DNA of 64,000 bases from Marsupella aquatica (Eukaryota; Plantae; Marchantiophyta). Position 1 is the stretch's first letter. Every line of letters begins with the position of its first letter. The position numbers were made by a program, and so were the translations under genes. The DNA is taken from contig OZ316897.1 in NCBI GenBank assembly GCA_973895155.1, positions 14,879,375 to 14,943,374 of the forward strand, in the 5' to 3' direction. The notes beneath the pieces were generated by a model. That model made no database searches. It worked only from the letters and a program-made list of their open reading frames with translations, and was not told the DNA's origin. Of this stretch, positions 13,961-27,195 are shown piece after piece.

Positions 13961-14957
13961 TGCCGATGCTGAGTGCCGTTTCAATAGTAATAACTAGTAG
14001 AGCAATTTTAGACCTCGAAGCAGGCAAAAAGTGCCACCATGCATGCATTTGACATTGAGACTTTGCATCGTTACTCTAGACTTCAGACACATCGACCCAT
14101 AAAATTCAAAAAAGTAGCCACCTAGATGGAGAACCATAAGAGTGCGACTGAGTGAGCTACCTCAAAACGATATGAATGGTGGAACAAGACTAGAAAGAAT
14201 CTGATGCAACAAGAGAGAAGAGGGAGGTGAGCTTTCCTGCACAATGTCTAGTGTGGAAGGCAACAGTAACGTCATCCTAGCCTTGGAGTTGCATGAAAAT
14301 ACTCAGTTCGTAAGTTTCAATAGGAGCCTCAAACCTGTTCTTCCCCCTTTTTGTTGCATTCAGCTCTTGTGAAATCTAGGACCTTAACCCAACTTTCGGG
14401 TGAATTTAATTAATCCAGAGGATTTGAGTTTGAGACGGTTTCAACATGCGAATATAATGCAGAGGGTTTTGAGTTCGAGGCAGGTTGCACCTGCGGATCA
14501 ATTACTCACCAACAATTTTTGAATGGGCACTGATGACTCTTCAAGGGTGCCGACGCATATCATGCCAAGAGATTTTTGGTGGAGATGCTGGTGCGCTGAC
14601 CACCTGTGTTGCTGACAGTCACATTTTTTGCAGGAGCTGCAGATTTTTGTCCACGGCCTGCAACATTTTGGTCACGGAAAACTTCTAGGAATGAATTGGT
14701 TTGAAACACTCTAGTGAGACAATCAGAAACTGTGCACCATCAGAATCTCTGGTGTGGAACGTAAAAGTACCGTCATCTTTGCCTTCAGCAGGAGTTCAAT
14801 GAAAATACACGGTTTAATGACAACACCAGAAACACTTCTTGTTGTACAGAGTCATCGTAATTGCTTTGGAGTTTAGACAAATCCGCCTCCTCATGTCTAC
14901 TTTAAACGCTTGCAAAAGAGCAACCTCAGCAGTGCAGTACTCCCTCCATTCAAATTA

Positions 14958-15145
14958 CTAGCCCAAATACCAGTGCCTATGCACAAGAGGGGTTCCCCTT
15001 TTAGCCAGACTCCCCATGTAGACTCTGTTGACAAGCATAATCTAAGTATCACCAAAGTATTGTTGCCAGAGAAAATAAGACCTGTGGCTTCACTTTACGG
15101 AGTAGGGCACGGATGGTAGATTTCTATCATGGATTATAGTATAGA
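14958..15145 (-). mobile_element. Short non-autonomous Helitron (~190 bp)
   Basis: Minus strand starts A|TCTATACTATAA and ends with a GTGC-ATAG-GCAC hairpin, then TGGTATTTGGGCTAG|T. Insertion between A and T with no TSD. The 3' part is homologous to 25340-25520. Confidence 0.65.
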
Positions 15146-18100
15146 TATTTGGGAGATTCTTGTTCATCCCATGAAACCTAGTCAAGGGAAAAAGTGGAGA
15201 GGCAGGATTTCCCTTCCATTAAACAAGAAAAAAAATGAAGATCATAGGAACATACTCTAGAGACATCTCAGTTCACATGAAAGAAACATCAAACAAATTT
15301 TGTGATACAAATTTCAAGACTATTCTAAGCATTTTGATGTGAACACTAACTTGTTAGTGTGTACATTGTTTGTAAAATAAACAGGACAATGATATTTGGA
15401 CATTGCTTTAATTCCTAGAATAAGAAATAATTAATATTTTGCACTGTATGGCACTACGGTAGTTTGTTTTCTAATAAAACTGCCAAATAGTCACTCTTTG
15501 AACCGTTGTATTGGCAAGGGTACCCTCTTTTGACATCTTGGGCACCCACCTCCTTGAACACCAAAAACACTAAACCCCTAGAAAAAATGTGATGAATCAT
15601 ATCCTGAGCGATTGATTATTTTGCAGGTTTAGGTCAATCCCAAGAAGGCTTTTGTTCATCCTTTTTTGCAGAACGGCATGCTTTTATATCCAGTTTTCTA
15701 TGGCAATTACCAAAAGAATTATTCCCTTAGGTTTATACATCTGAAAAAAGTAACTGAGAGCTGACACCACAATAGTTTGGTTTCTAGTCAAACATACCGA
15801 AATGTGGTGTTCCTCGTGTCTTTGGTTGCTCTCCTCTGACTCAATATTTAACACAAGATTGGTAACTATATCAGGTATCAGTCACCAATATGAACTGATC
15901 TCAGCTCGTGAGTTGAGAATTGTAAAAATAATTCCGGAGAATCTCCAAACAAGTGTAAAAAAAACATAATTAAACTGAACTGAACAGTTGAGTTCAACTA
16001 ATACAAGTGATTGACACCTGATAGAATGGGGCTCATAATGATAGGTAGGACCCCTCTTACTCAGACAATTTTGTTTGCCAACAAAATTATTCCGGTTTGA
16101 AATGTTTTCTTGAAAGGACGTTGTCCTCGAGTTTGTGTTAACTGGCCCCCTATCCATCGTTTGGGCTTCTATAGAGGTGATGACAAACCCTGTGAAAAAT
16201 AGATTCCCTGTAACAGTTTCACTTTGCATCGAAGCTTCACCCACAGACTGGTCAGGGTCATGGTCTAAAGGCTACATTTCAGACCTTAGGCCATTACCCT
16301 AGCGTTGCTTCAGGTTTTACTAGTTAGATTTCACATGGTTTGTGACATGCCTTACCTCTAGTGTCCAATCCTTCCAGCAAATCGGAGCAGAGCAATCATA
16401 ATTGCATACTTCTATCAATCAAGAGAATGGACAGATGCAAATAAGCACATTGTTAAGCATTGAGAGCTATCCCCGCACATTTTTTCATAGAAAAGCAAAA
16501 GGATTTCAGGGGAAATGTCACCTTCCAAAGCCTCTGTGGTGACAAAGGGAGATGAGACAAAGTTACCAATGAAGCAAAATTGTTCATTCTCTGGAGCAAC
16601 TAACGAGCAGGCTCAGATCAACAGCAATGTGAGTGACAGAAACATTATTGAATCCATCGATGCACATAAAAAGGCTGTTCAAAAAACCATTTCAAGATTG
16701 AAACTGAAGGCCCTACAAGAAGCTAGGCATGGACTGTATATTCCTCTCACTCCACGAACAGTGGAAAAAAATTGGAGGACGAAGGAGAGGATTCGCAAGG
16801 TTCGTTGTTTCTTCGCAATAAATTTATCCTAGACATTCTCCTTTGAGTCGTAGGGTTGAGCAAGGAAAAAGTAGAATCCATCGAAAAAATGTTTGGATGA
16901 TACACAATTTTCTTGTTGTGATTGTGGCTTTGTTTCCACATTAGACACTAGTGCATGACCAGTGCCTTTGGCGCCCAGGGTTCGATGTGTCATCCAAATC
17001 CGACTACTTATCACATAGTTTCCTTCCGTTCATTTCTACAAATTAGAGCTCAGTTGTCGAAGCCAGGTAATGAGCAAACTGAACTGTTTTCAATATGTTG
17101 GATTCAAAGAAAGTAGTATCGAGCCATAATTGAGACTCCATCCAACACTAAACCTCGACCAGATTTGGATCTACTGAATGCAATTGGTCATTAACCTCAA
17201 CATTTGTTTCAACTGTACGTAAAATGACCTTCCAATTGTAACGATTGAATGACCATTGTTTGCTTTCTAGTGCAGATCATTGCCACATTGAAAGTTAGCC
17301 CAAGGCCATTTGAGAAGGGAGGTGGGGTGGCAAAATTGTGGAGAGTTCGTCAAAATGCACGAGAAACTCAAGCCATCAAAAAGATTCGAGAAAAACTCAA
17401 TGTCAGAAAGGGTCAAATGAAACCATTCACGACTAAAAAGGTCTTGGAAGGCATTCTGGAGGTGCAAATTATCTAACGTGCCTCATTCCATTACTTATCT
17501 GAGAAAACCTAGATGAGCTCTGTGATACAGCAATTTCTGTCTTGCAGTATCTACAAAATAATGTTCCCCGGATTTTTTTCTTTATCTCAATTAAGTCAGC
17601 TCCACCTTCTCGATCCATTGCAGCCATTTTGGAACAACTGCCTGTTTCTGAGAAGATTGAAAAGTAAACATTAGGGTTGCACTCCTCGTTGACAATGGTG
17701 TAGCTCTAATTTCCAGCCATGTCTTCCATCAAATCACCTCAACATTAACAAATTCAAACTGGAAGTCCAGCTGTGAGGCGGAAATTACTCATTATACTAG
17801 TGGAACATGTCCAACCAACTTAAAAATTGGAAAAGAAAAGTTAGGACATGCATTATAAAACCTGGAAAACTGAATGTCATTCCTCAAAGGGGAGATCTTT
17901 CTTCAAAATAGTAACAATGATTTTCTAGAGATTACACTTCATGTAAAAAATGCCAAGAAAGGTACATAAGCATTTTTCCATTTTTTTTTCCATTTAGGTT
18001 TGTGAGGATGAAGAAAAAGTGGAAGACCCTGTCAAGGCAAGCATTGCTAGCAAATTTGAATATATGGCTCGTGAACTGATTGACAAGACCGCATTCATGC

Positions 18101-20385
18101 AGGCTAGGTGGGGATCTCATATGTCATGAGAGCCACACTCTACAAGGGAGAAGCATGTCTAGCATTATGGAGTCAAACCAAGGTTGGACTATGTTATATG
18201 AATATGCCATTAATTGTTTCCACACCAGAGATAATTATTGCAGTTTGCAAGCTGACGCCGACAAACACAAGGGACTAATAATGATGTCACAAGAGTCTAT
18301 GGCCCACAAGACAAGTCACTCAAGAAGTCACTCTGTCAAAGAGGTCACGTCGAATACCATAGTGTCATCCCAGTTTGAACACTACCTCACCAACCATTAA
18401 GAATTTTTTATTTCAGGAAGTAGCTCAAGGCCAGAATATTAAGCAAGTGCTTGTACTCTAACCCACTTAGCTTGGGATGTCAAAATCATTCCATGGTATG
18501 GAGAAGGTACTCTGTAGCTTTGCATGGACAAGTGCTACTACTTGGCCCCGTACTTAACCTATTTTGCCTAGTTTAGAAGTCCAATAAGGTGCTTGATCTG
18601 GTGACATCTATTGGTAAATATATGAAATGATTTGTAAATCAGCTTACTCTAAGAGACATATTACAGCAGTTTGTTAAACAAGTGAGCCAGGTCTGAGATA
18701 CCTTCACTCATGGAACAATTTGTAATGTCTTTGTGCACAGAGAACAACATGGCATTTGGTCAAGGACTGGTGTCCCATACGTGTGCCTTGGTGCACCCGC
18801 GCTCTACAGGCCAGCTACTGCTCCTTTGCCAAAATTGGAGAAACTGCAGACAGATTCATTTGCTCTGTATCCATTTGACTTCTTCCCAAATGCATCCCCC
18901 ACTACAAGCATGTTGGACCTAGCGGGAGACAAAGCAAGTAGAACAACAATGGCTCGGCACATCACCAGAAGGGAGGCAATTTTGAAGGCAGCTCAGACAA
19001 GTTCAACCATGACTCGACTACTTATGAAGATGGGGTTATTGCATTTACATGGTAAGCCTGATTTTCATTCTCATCTGTAGAGTAAGGCATTGACATTTCA
19101 GAATCATTTGTACAGTGTTTTTTGACTTTGAGAAACTTCATCATGTGCTTCAGTCAAGCTTACCAAATCATTGTTGTTAGTGCTTTGTTGGGATAGAAGC
19201 ACCCCTAGGCTGGTAAGTGGTAATATACGGGAGACCACCCTTAACAATGTTGTATTCTACACAGTGTCAAACCAAACCTACCCTTCCAAAATTACAAGTT
19301 ACCCGTAGCTACCATTAACAGTAGCTTTTTTCTGAAATTGTGGAGTAAACTGGCACGTGATAGAGGAGGAAGTGAGTGGAATGTGGGAAAAGGGGGAGGT
19401 CTTGGACACTTCCCCTTGTATATGGCCAATGGTGGTTTAAATGTTGAAAAATAATCAACTTTCAGTGCACTAATATGCTGAGCTCTCATTCATGTTTTTC
19501 ATTATATTAAATGTCATGTATCTAGAATTTAACAAATGTGGCAAGATTTGGGATTCTTATTTGTTTCACAAATTATGTAGGAATTCAGTCAATAAGTGAT
19601 TGAGTCGATAGATAAATAAATATGAAAACCTAAAACTCATTGCGGAATTAAATACTACATTGTATTTAATTCTGTTTACGATGTGATGTAGCAGACATGA
19701 ACACTGCAAAGTTTCCATTAGATCAAGTATTGTTCACAGAAGAATTGAAGAAAATAGCACAAGTAAGATTTGTCTTTGCATGTTTAACAATTCCTCCTCT
19801 CCTCATATAATAATTCATATTATTTTTTACGTTCATAGCTTAATGTGTTTCATCTTAGGATCCATTGCTGCAACTATTGTTGACAATAACCACAACTATG
19901 GATTTTTTGCATGCTGGAAAAACCTGTCACACAGAAAGGTGGGACTTGGTTAGAAGAAGTGCATGAAGGACTGATGAATGTTGCTCCAAGGGCACTGTCT
20001 GTAATGCCTTACAAAGGTAAATTCAAATGGCCATAAGTCAGTTCACTCTTCAATATTGTTATTTAATGGACATTTGTTTTCCAAAACACAGTCACAGTTC
20101 ATTCTTTACATTGACGAGCCTCAATGCCCATTCTTTGAATACTAATAAAGATAAGACAAACAAACCTTTCAACAAATCTATGTTGTTCCCCTTTATCTTT
20201 GTACCATCCGTGTTTTTGGTATCTACTCAAGTTTGTCGTTATCTAGAGTTAAGTCTGTCACTCTATAGGCTTCACTCTAGAAGTCTAGACCCCAACTCTA
20301 GCTTTTATTTGCGCTTTATAAGTAAGATATGAAACCAAGTTCCATAAACTGATTAACCAATTGTCTCACCTGTCTTTGCATTTTA

Positions 20386-20951
20386 CTAGCCTGGATCCCA
20401 AGCTTTGCTCGGGCCAACTGTCACCCCGCCCCAAAACTTGCCAGCACCCAGAGTCACTGTCTAGAGGCCTCACGCTGGACCATAGGATTAAAAAGTAGTT
20501 TTGTATGGCACATTATCAGTTATATGTGTAACAACTATTCTTACCCTTATTCTTACTAGACCAGTCTTACAATTGTGGATTCTTGAGGACACCATCAGTC
20601 CTTTACTTTTGTGATTGGTTTGTTTTCCTTTCTGAACTGAAAACACAATCACATGTCTTTGACACCGCTTGGCTCTAACAGCTTTTCCTCTTTGACAAAT
20701 TATTTACATGATTCTATTATCATGAACCTACAATTGTGTGCAGGGCGAACGGTTGTAGGCCCAGCTGGAAATGTCGAGCATTTTGGGTAAGTAATAGTCT
20801 CAGCAATGTTTTCATTCAAAGTGCTGCACAACTTTCTTTGATCCATTGAACTTTGTCCTTCACTAAGACTTTTACTTGACCAACAAAAAGTCACCATTTA
20901 AATGTGCTACAGGAAGTACCTACAAGGTTCTTATAGACATTGATAGCAAGA
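20386..20951 (-). mobile_element. Non-autonomous Helitron within an intron of the pseudogene
   Basis: Minus-strand 3' end: hairpin CCCGAGC-AAA-GCTTGGG followed by ATCCAGG-CTAG|T at 20386. Candidate 5' end A|TCTTGCTATC at 20951 is less certain. Confidence 0.5.
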
Positions 20952-21562
20952 TCCAAGTCTGTGGCAGTTATCTACTCTTAACTTGAATGTTGAGCGTAAG
21001 AAGTTTTGTGTATTAATTTTTCAGGGATACTGACTCTTCGTCAACAATGGTACTACTCTTGCTGCTGGTTGCACATATTCACACCAACTGTCCTTCAAGT
21101 CACTCCGTGACTACATCCTCTCTTTAGAGGTTTCAATTGCCATATCTTCTTGCATATCTTTCAACTTTGCCGAGAATTACAAGCAAGTTCATGTTGTTGA
21201 TTTTAATTTTATTTCCATGAGCATCAGTAAGAGTGGTTGTGTAAATAAATGAGTCAAAACAAACCATGACACATGTAGAGTGATGGAGATCCAAACCATG
21301 GTGCTCAAGGGAGATTGAAGACACAAGAGCATTTGAAGTATGAAAAGCAAAAGCAAATAGACAACTATGTATCAGGGATCCAACCCACAAACTATATGTC
21401 AAGCTCCCATCAATCCTTTGAACCTTTTGAGAGTCCTACAAAAGAGGTATATGCATCTTGGCTAATGTTCAGTTCTTGCAAGCAAATTTAGAACTCCTTG
21501 AGAACTTTCAAAAGCATTTATGATTACTTTGAATGGATCTAAATTTAAAGAGTTGTAAATAA

Positions 21563-21685
21563 AAGAGGCATGACTTTGTGGTAGCTCACTTGAGTAGAGA
21601 CTGATAGGTCTTGGGTTCAACTATTGTGGCTGACTCTTCCCTTTCTGTGAGGTTTCACAGATTTCCCCTTAAAAATATAAATAAG
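21563..21685 (+). mobile_element. tRNA-derived SINE with A-rich tail and TSD
   Basis: A-box-like TAGCTCACTTGAGTAGAG, B-box-like GGGTTCAACT, tail AAAAATATAAATAAG. Flanked by a 16-bp direct repeat AAAGAGTTGTAA(A/C)TAA at 21547-21562 and 21686-21701. Confidence 0.7.
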
Positions 21686-24600
21686 AAAGAGTTGTAACTA
21701 AGTCATTTAATCAATTTACTGTGCACACCAGGATGGCACTTTGGTAATGATATATTCTTGTCTCTACTAAATATGGAGCAGGCTATGTTCTTTGCAGATT
21801 TTGGTTGAACCTCAGCCTGCGCCAGCTGAAGTTGTTTGGAGACCAGACCAATCCCGTGTAAACCATCTTTTTAACTGACTGTAGTCAGTGGTCACAAGTC
21901 TTAAAGTATCATCTATTCCTTGTGCTTAACAGTCTTTAAGCTGTAAACACATCTAATGGATTCACATTCAGGTTGACAATTCCCGGGAAACTCATTTATG
22001 ATAACCCCTTGGGTCACACTTAGTAACCCACCTGCTTGTTTTCCATTTTGACAACAAAAGACTGACAGAGTGACTTCGGATTTAGTGTCATTCAAGTATT
22101 TTATGTGCAAAGAGCTTTGGCAAACATCATTTGGATGGGGTTTTGTGCAAAAAGTGGTTGACTTATGAGGTTTGAGCTTGGAACTTTGCTTTTCACAAAT
22201 ACAAAATTGCTGCTGTATGTCACCTCTAAATTAGCTCAAGAGAGCATTTTTAATTTGTTCAATCCATGTCTTTGACCAGATTTTTAATCTAAAGAAGGGG
22301 AATCTGTTTCAAAGAAAATCTATGTTGTATGACCTTGGTTGGGAACTCACAAGTATCTCTGATCGGCGCACTCATTGGAGATCTCATCCACCCTTTTCAG
22401 CAGAGGTAATACTGTACATTTCTTGCTCACCCAACTTAGACAATAACAATTTGAATTACTTACCTTGCTTGAGAAACTCTCACATCTAACTACAATCTAT
22501 AGCTAGACTATAATGTGCAACCAAAGTCTATGGGGTAGAGCCAACATTTTGTATTTTAGGGACGGGGAGAGAAAGTGTGGAAATTTTCATGCAATAGTTC
22601 CTAGTTGAAATTCTGGATACATTTTTGCAATGACACACTTTCCGCTACACTTTCTGCAATAACATCTCCGCAATGACAACTGTGCAACACGCCAGCATTG
22701 GCTAGTAATTCATAATTGACAAATTGCTTTACTGAATGATGTGAATGTCATGGAGAGAACTAGGAGTCAAATTAAGGGCAGAGTTGCATTTTTCTACAGA
22801 TCTGCAAGCGAATGGAGACACTCTTACTAGCTACCAAAGGAAGACGAACTCCAACCACTAAGCACATATGGTATGGTGATATTTGCTTAGTAATGTATTT
22901 CATCATTGAACTGTCAATTATAACATTAATTCTTGCTTTTGTTATGAATGCCTTTATCAAACACTACAACTTCAATAGTTTTTGAGCAAGGGGCTTCTGT
23001 TTCTTCAAATTGAGCTTTCCTCTCAAGCATGAGAAAGCGCAAACCTTGAGCACCATGGACTTCAAGCAATTTGAAACCCCAAATCACTAACAGATTATAG
23101 TTCTTTGTATTTCTCAGGAGGATTGCAGAAATACATCACCCTGCCAAGAAAAAAGACGATGCACCAGCCTTTGAATCAGAAATCCCATCTATTAATAGAT
23201 TCTATGAACGTGTATGTAGATTCATTGACCACCAAAAGATGGCTGATCCACTGATGGACATACTCCTATATTTTTTGAAAGAGTAAGCCCATCCAACCAC
23301 TTTAGTTGACTTGCATGACAAATTCAGTTTAGCATTTATGAAAATCTTAGTTCACTCTATTGGATCCAGTTCAACTAGGAAAAGCTATCCTGGCTTTCCA
23401 TTTTACTTGTAACACAATAAGTTGTCATCTCTGACTATTGTTTGTTACTATCTCATTTAGTCTATTACAATTGTATTCTTTGGCTATAGCTAGATATCTA
23501 GGTGAGCAAAATTCACCTATATGCACTGTTGTGTCATGATCCTAAAACTCTTTCAGGATATTTGAGGCAGAGGGTCTCTTGCTTCAGCCAGAGGTCCTTT
23601 TGAGATTATGCATTCGACTAGCTGGTCTTCCTGGTGAGTCTGACTAGATCAATCTTTGTGATATGAAATCAAATCATGTTAAACTTTATAAACATAATTC
23701 AATTAAGATACCAACATATAGAGTTATTCTCAAATAACTGGAAGTTGTATGTTTGTCTACCTTGCCCTTACGTCAACCAACAATACTACCATGACATTAT
23801 TTTCTGTTAAACCTTCTATATGAACCTATGTCCATCCTAGACTTTGTATTCACTCAATGGATTCTTTGGTTTTCTGAATGCAGAGGATGTAGCAAATTCA
23901 GGGCGTATGGTTTGCATAATGCCCATTTTACAATTCATTGCCAAGGAGTTGCGAATCAATTCAACTGAGTTTGATCAATATATTACTCAATCTGGCGTAG
24001 ACCGCATGCAACAACTTGTCTACACCCCATATAATGCTTGAAGCAGGCTATCACACCCATTGCATAATCTAGCTACACCATTTAAAGTATTTGATTAATA
24101 TCCAGAGCAAAAAACATTCAGAGCTTGTTCATAGTGATAATCAACTACATTGATCTACTGCAACTATTTAGGCATTTTGGAAGAAGCATATTTAGGCATA
24201 AATTAACTCTTGTGCCAAATGTGGAAATGTGTGATGCTGCATGTGTTTTAGAGTTGCTTCTATGTTTGCGCTTTGACAATTCACGCTTCATGGCTGGGGC
24301 CCTCACTTATTTTTTTCCAACCCACTACACACAAACAACTATAGGTTTTTTTATAGGGTTTAGTGGAAGACCTATAAAAGTTTTTGAAAGACTATTAGGG
24401 GTTTTAATCCAATTTGGGGAATTCTAAAATTAATCATTTTTAGAATAAAATCTGGGAATATTTATACAATATCCTATAAAGGTAAAGGTAAAAATTATTC
24501 TTTTGAAAATCCTTATGTTTTAGAGTGCTAGTACTCAAAAACTTTGCAAGTGATATGGTATCCCCTTGGAATAAGACCCATAAGGCTCCATGAGTATGGT

Positions 24601-24930
24601 TATGGTTTGTTCTTTGCAGTTCCCCTACTCTATACTTTGTTTGCAGTATAATAATTTGTTCTGCTGCTTTTCTATCATTTTACTTCCTTCTACATCCAAT
24701 ATTCTACATTGAACATATTGAAAATTGAAGGTCAACTCCTCCAATTGTAGCTCAATGAGTCAAGTTCATGTAAGGTGTTATGAGACAAAAGTTGGATGCT
24801 TTAAACTTAGCATGCATGGTAGTTTATGTAAAACCATTCTTTTTGTGAATGAAACCTGAAAGCACATCTCACTGCGTGTAATCTTGATAGCGAAGGCCAT
24901 GATTGTGTGCTAGTCCCCAAGAGGTTCCAA

Positions 24931-25520
24931 TCTTACTAGTAATCTAAACAGTATAATAATTATGCAATCTCTCTTTTATGTTCCTATGAAGGACCTGTTC
25001 ACAAAATGTCACTCTGGCCAGATTATGGTGTCATTTTATCCTAACCATGTCAAGATGGGCCCAAAGGTGCCACTGTGTACCTTTTCTGCACCCAACTCGT
25101 CACTCCCCACAACTCTCACACTACTTGAGATTCAGCTGCCTGCCCCAGGCTGACTAATTGGAGGACTTGCCTTGGGACTCTTGGACTCCCAGCAGTGTCT
25201 CACTATGTGGCCATCTCACTTTTGTTTGACAACACCCAGTCAACATTACCTACTATTGACAATGTCCCAGCCTATTGTCCGTCCAAGCACCAATGCCAAG
25301 CAATTTTGTCCATCCAAGCCTGCACTTCAAGCTCATCAAGACTATTATTTGCTATCAAAGTCTGCCATTCATGAACTACTCTGTAGGACTGAAGCCATAT
25401 GCTATAATCTCTGGTAGCTGAAATTCTTTTTATGTAGACTATGCTTGTGAGTAAAGACTGGCATGGAGTTTGGGTACGGAGAGAGCACTTCATGTGCATA
25501 AGCACCGGTATTTGGGCTAG
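24931..25520 (+). mobile_element. Non-autonomous Helitron (~590 bp), same family as 14958-15145
   Basis: 5' A|TCTTACTAG. 3' hairpin GTGC-ATAA-GCAC, then CGGTATTTGGG-CTAG|T. Confidence 0.65.
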
Positions 25521-25584
25521 TGACTCCCAAGTCCCCCCCAAAATCAGAAAAACAAGAAAAAAATGTAGAAACAAACAAACAGAG

Positions 25585-25980
25585 CACGCCTATGCCAACT
25601 CACATACATAGTCCAAATATGGAAAATTTCTGTTACCAGAGAAATTGTGGCCTATGGTCTCACTCTAGAGAGTAAGTCATGAACCATAAACTTCAGTCAT
25701 GAATCTGAATGCTACAATATGCAATCTCACTCTTTGTTCCTTGTGATATGCTTACAAAATGTCAGTTCTGTATGAAGCCTCCCTGGTCAATGGACTATGG
25801 TGACAGATTTTCCTGGTGAGCACGAGGTGGGCCTAAAGTTGGCATTATGCACCTTTTCTGTGCCCAACTTGTCACCATCTCTGCAGCTCGTACACACCTT
25901 AAAAATCCAGTTTCCAGGCCGAATCCCGATATGTCCAAGCGCCTGGCCATCTCACTTATGTTCAACACAGTTCTGCTGAG
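25585..25980. repeat. Rearranged, diverged copy of the same Helitron family
   Basis: 25585-25705 resembles the inverted 3' subterminal region. 25715-25980 is a diverged direct copy of 24958-25230 (ATGCAATCTC...CAAAATGTCA...CCTTTTCTG..CCCAACT.GTCA...TGGCCATCTCACTT). Confidence 0.55.
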
Positions 25981-26107
25981 CATCACTTCAGTTTTGGCTA
26001 GTAAGAGAAGAAACAAGTTTGGCTAGTAAGACGACAAAGAGAAAAAAACAAGTCAGGCTAATAATCAGAAAGAAGAAGAAGTGCTACTGTAGATGTAAAA
26101 CAGATTA

Positions 26108-26468
26108 GGGTCAAAACTCAAACAGAACTGAACATCGTGTTAAATAGACGTAGTGTTTGAGTTCCAATGTCTTTTTTGTCATGGAACCAAAGAAAATTAC
26201 ACTTTCAAACACACCTCCATGGCTATCTATTTGGGGGGAGAATAAGAAAATGAGGAAGAAACAAGTAGTAAGGAAAAGGAAAGGAACAAAACAGGAAAAA
26301 ATCATCAATGGAAGTGGAGAGCTGTTTGTGCCATTTGGCACTCTCCCCTCTCTTAGCATGCCTTTTCTCTTCTTAGCCAAGCTGCAGCGTCACAAGACTC
26401 ACACATTTGAACTCAAACACTACGTCTATTTAACACAATGTCCGGGTGTTGTGTTCAAGTTTTGACCC
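26108..26468. mobile_element. MITE-like element with ~60-bp TIRs and TA flanks; its interior copies the adjacent E2 promoter
   Basis: Termini GGGTCAAAACT/AGTTTTGACCC, a perfect 28-bp inner IR at 26137-26164 / 26409-26436, and TA on both sides. Confidence 0.7.
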
Positions 26469-26903
26469 TAACTTGTTTTAAATTGAGTACAAAAGATACA
26501 AAAGTCATGAATCATATGACAATGCCAATATTTGAACACAACAATACACCTATTTTCAAACACAACACTCTGCTAGTACAAAAACTGAAAACACATAGTC
26601 AAAACTTGAACACAATGCCCCTGGTGCATTACTCAAATTGAGCTCCCAGTGGCCCTCTCTTTGAACACATCTCCATGCCTCTCGTTGAACACAACTCCAT
26701 GGAGATGTGTTTGGGGGACGCCTACAAAGAAGAAAAAAGCAAGTTAGGCTACCCTAGTAGTAACGAAAAGAAGGAAGAAACAAAACAGAAAAAATAAAAT
26801 GGGAAATGCAGAGCTGTTTCTGCCATTTGGCACTTGGCACTCTCCCCTCTTTCATGCATGCCTTTTTCTCCTCTACGCCGAGCTGCAGCGTCTCGAGACT
26901 CAC

Positions 26904-27146
26904 ACTCTCTCTCGCTCCCCCTCTCTCTCTCTCTCCCTCTCTCTCCCTCCCTCCCTCCCTCCCTCCCTCCCTCTCTGCCTCTCTCTCTCCCTCTCTTCAC
27001 ACTCGACTTTCATGCTCCCTCTCTTCGCGCATCACAACCCAACATGTTCTCTCGTCGGTGGTCGACGATCTAGGGCTCGGGGAATCGATCCGGAGCTCGC
27101 GACATGTTCTCTCGTCGGTGGTCGATCTAGGGCTCGAGAATCGATC

Positions 27147-27192
<46 letters not shown>
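26904..27192. promoter_or_regulatory. CT/CCCT and (GA)n microsatellites in the E2 promoter/5' leader (GAGA-type elements), with a ~38-bp duplication
   Basis: (CT)n/(CCCT)n at 26904-26998; (GA) about 21 copies at 27151-27192; ACATGTTCTCTCGTCGGTGGTCGA at 27042 and 27102. Confidence 0.6.

Positions 27193-27195
<3 letters not shown>

Larger units (their letters stand above)
16515..24041 (+). pseudogene. Multi-exon (>=12 exons) pseudogene of an unrecognised protein family
   Basis: GT-AG-bounded coding-like exons at about 16515-16799, 17276-17461, 17548-17663, 17998-18106, 18417-18506, 18666-19051, 19859-20016, 21024-21129, 21798-21857, 22280-22405, 23118-23210, 23557-23633 and 23884-24041 (ends TPYNA*). 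In-frame TGA/TAA stops occur in the exons at ~18440, ~18689 and ~21030, plus a frameshift in a T run at ~19905. Further decayed exons may extend upstream to ~15900. Confidence 0.6.

Noticed and set aside
14956-25522. A 10.5-kb CACTA transposon (TACTA...TAGTG ends, ~190-bp inverted homology), or a 9.8-kb insertion with an AGTATA TSD, enclosing the orphan pseudogene
   Set aside because: Both ends are better explained as 3' termini of two independent short Helitrons (hairpin+CTAG|T, each with its own A|TC 5' end). The putative 3-bp TSD mismatches (AAT/ACT) and AGTATA lies inside the Helitron 5' ends.
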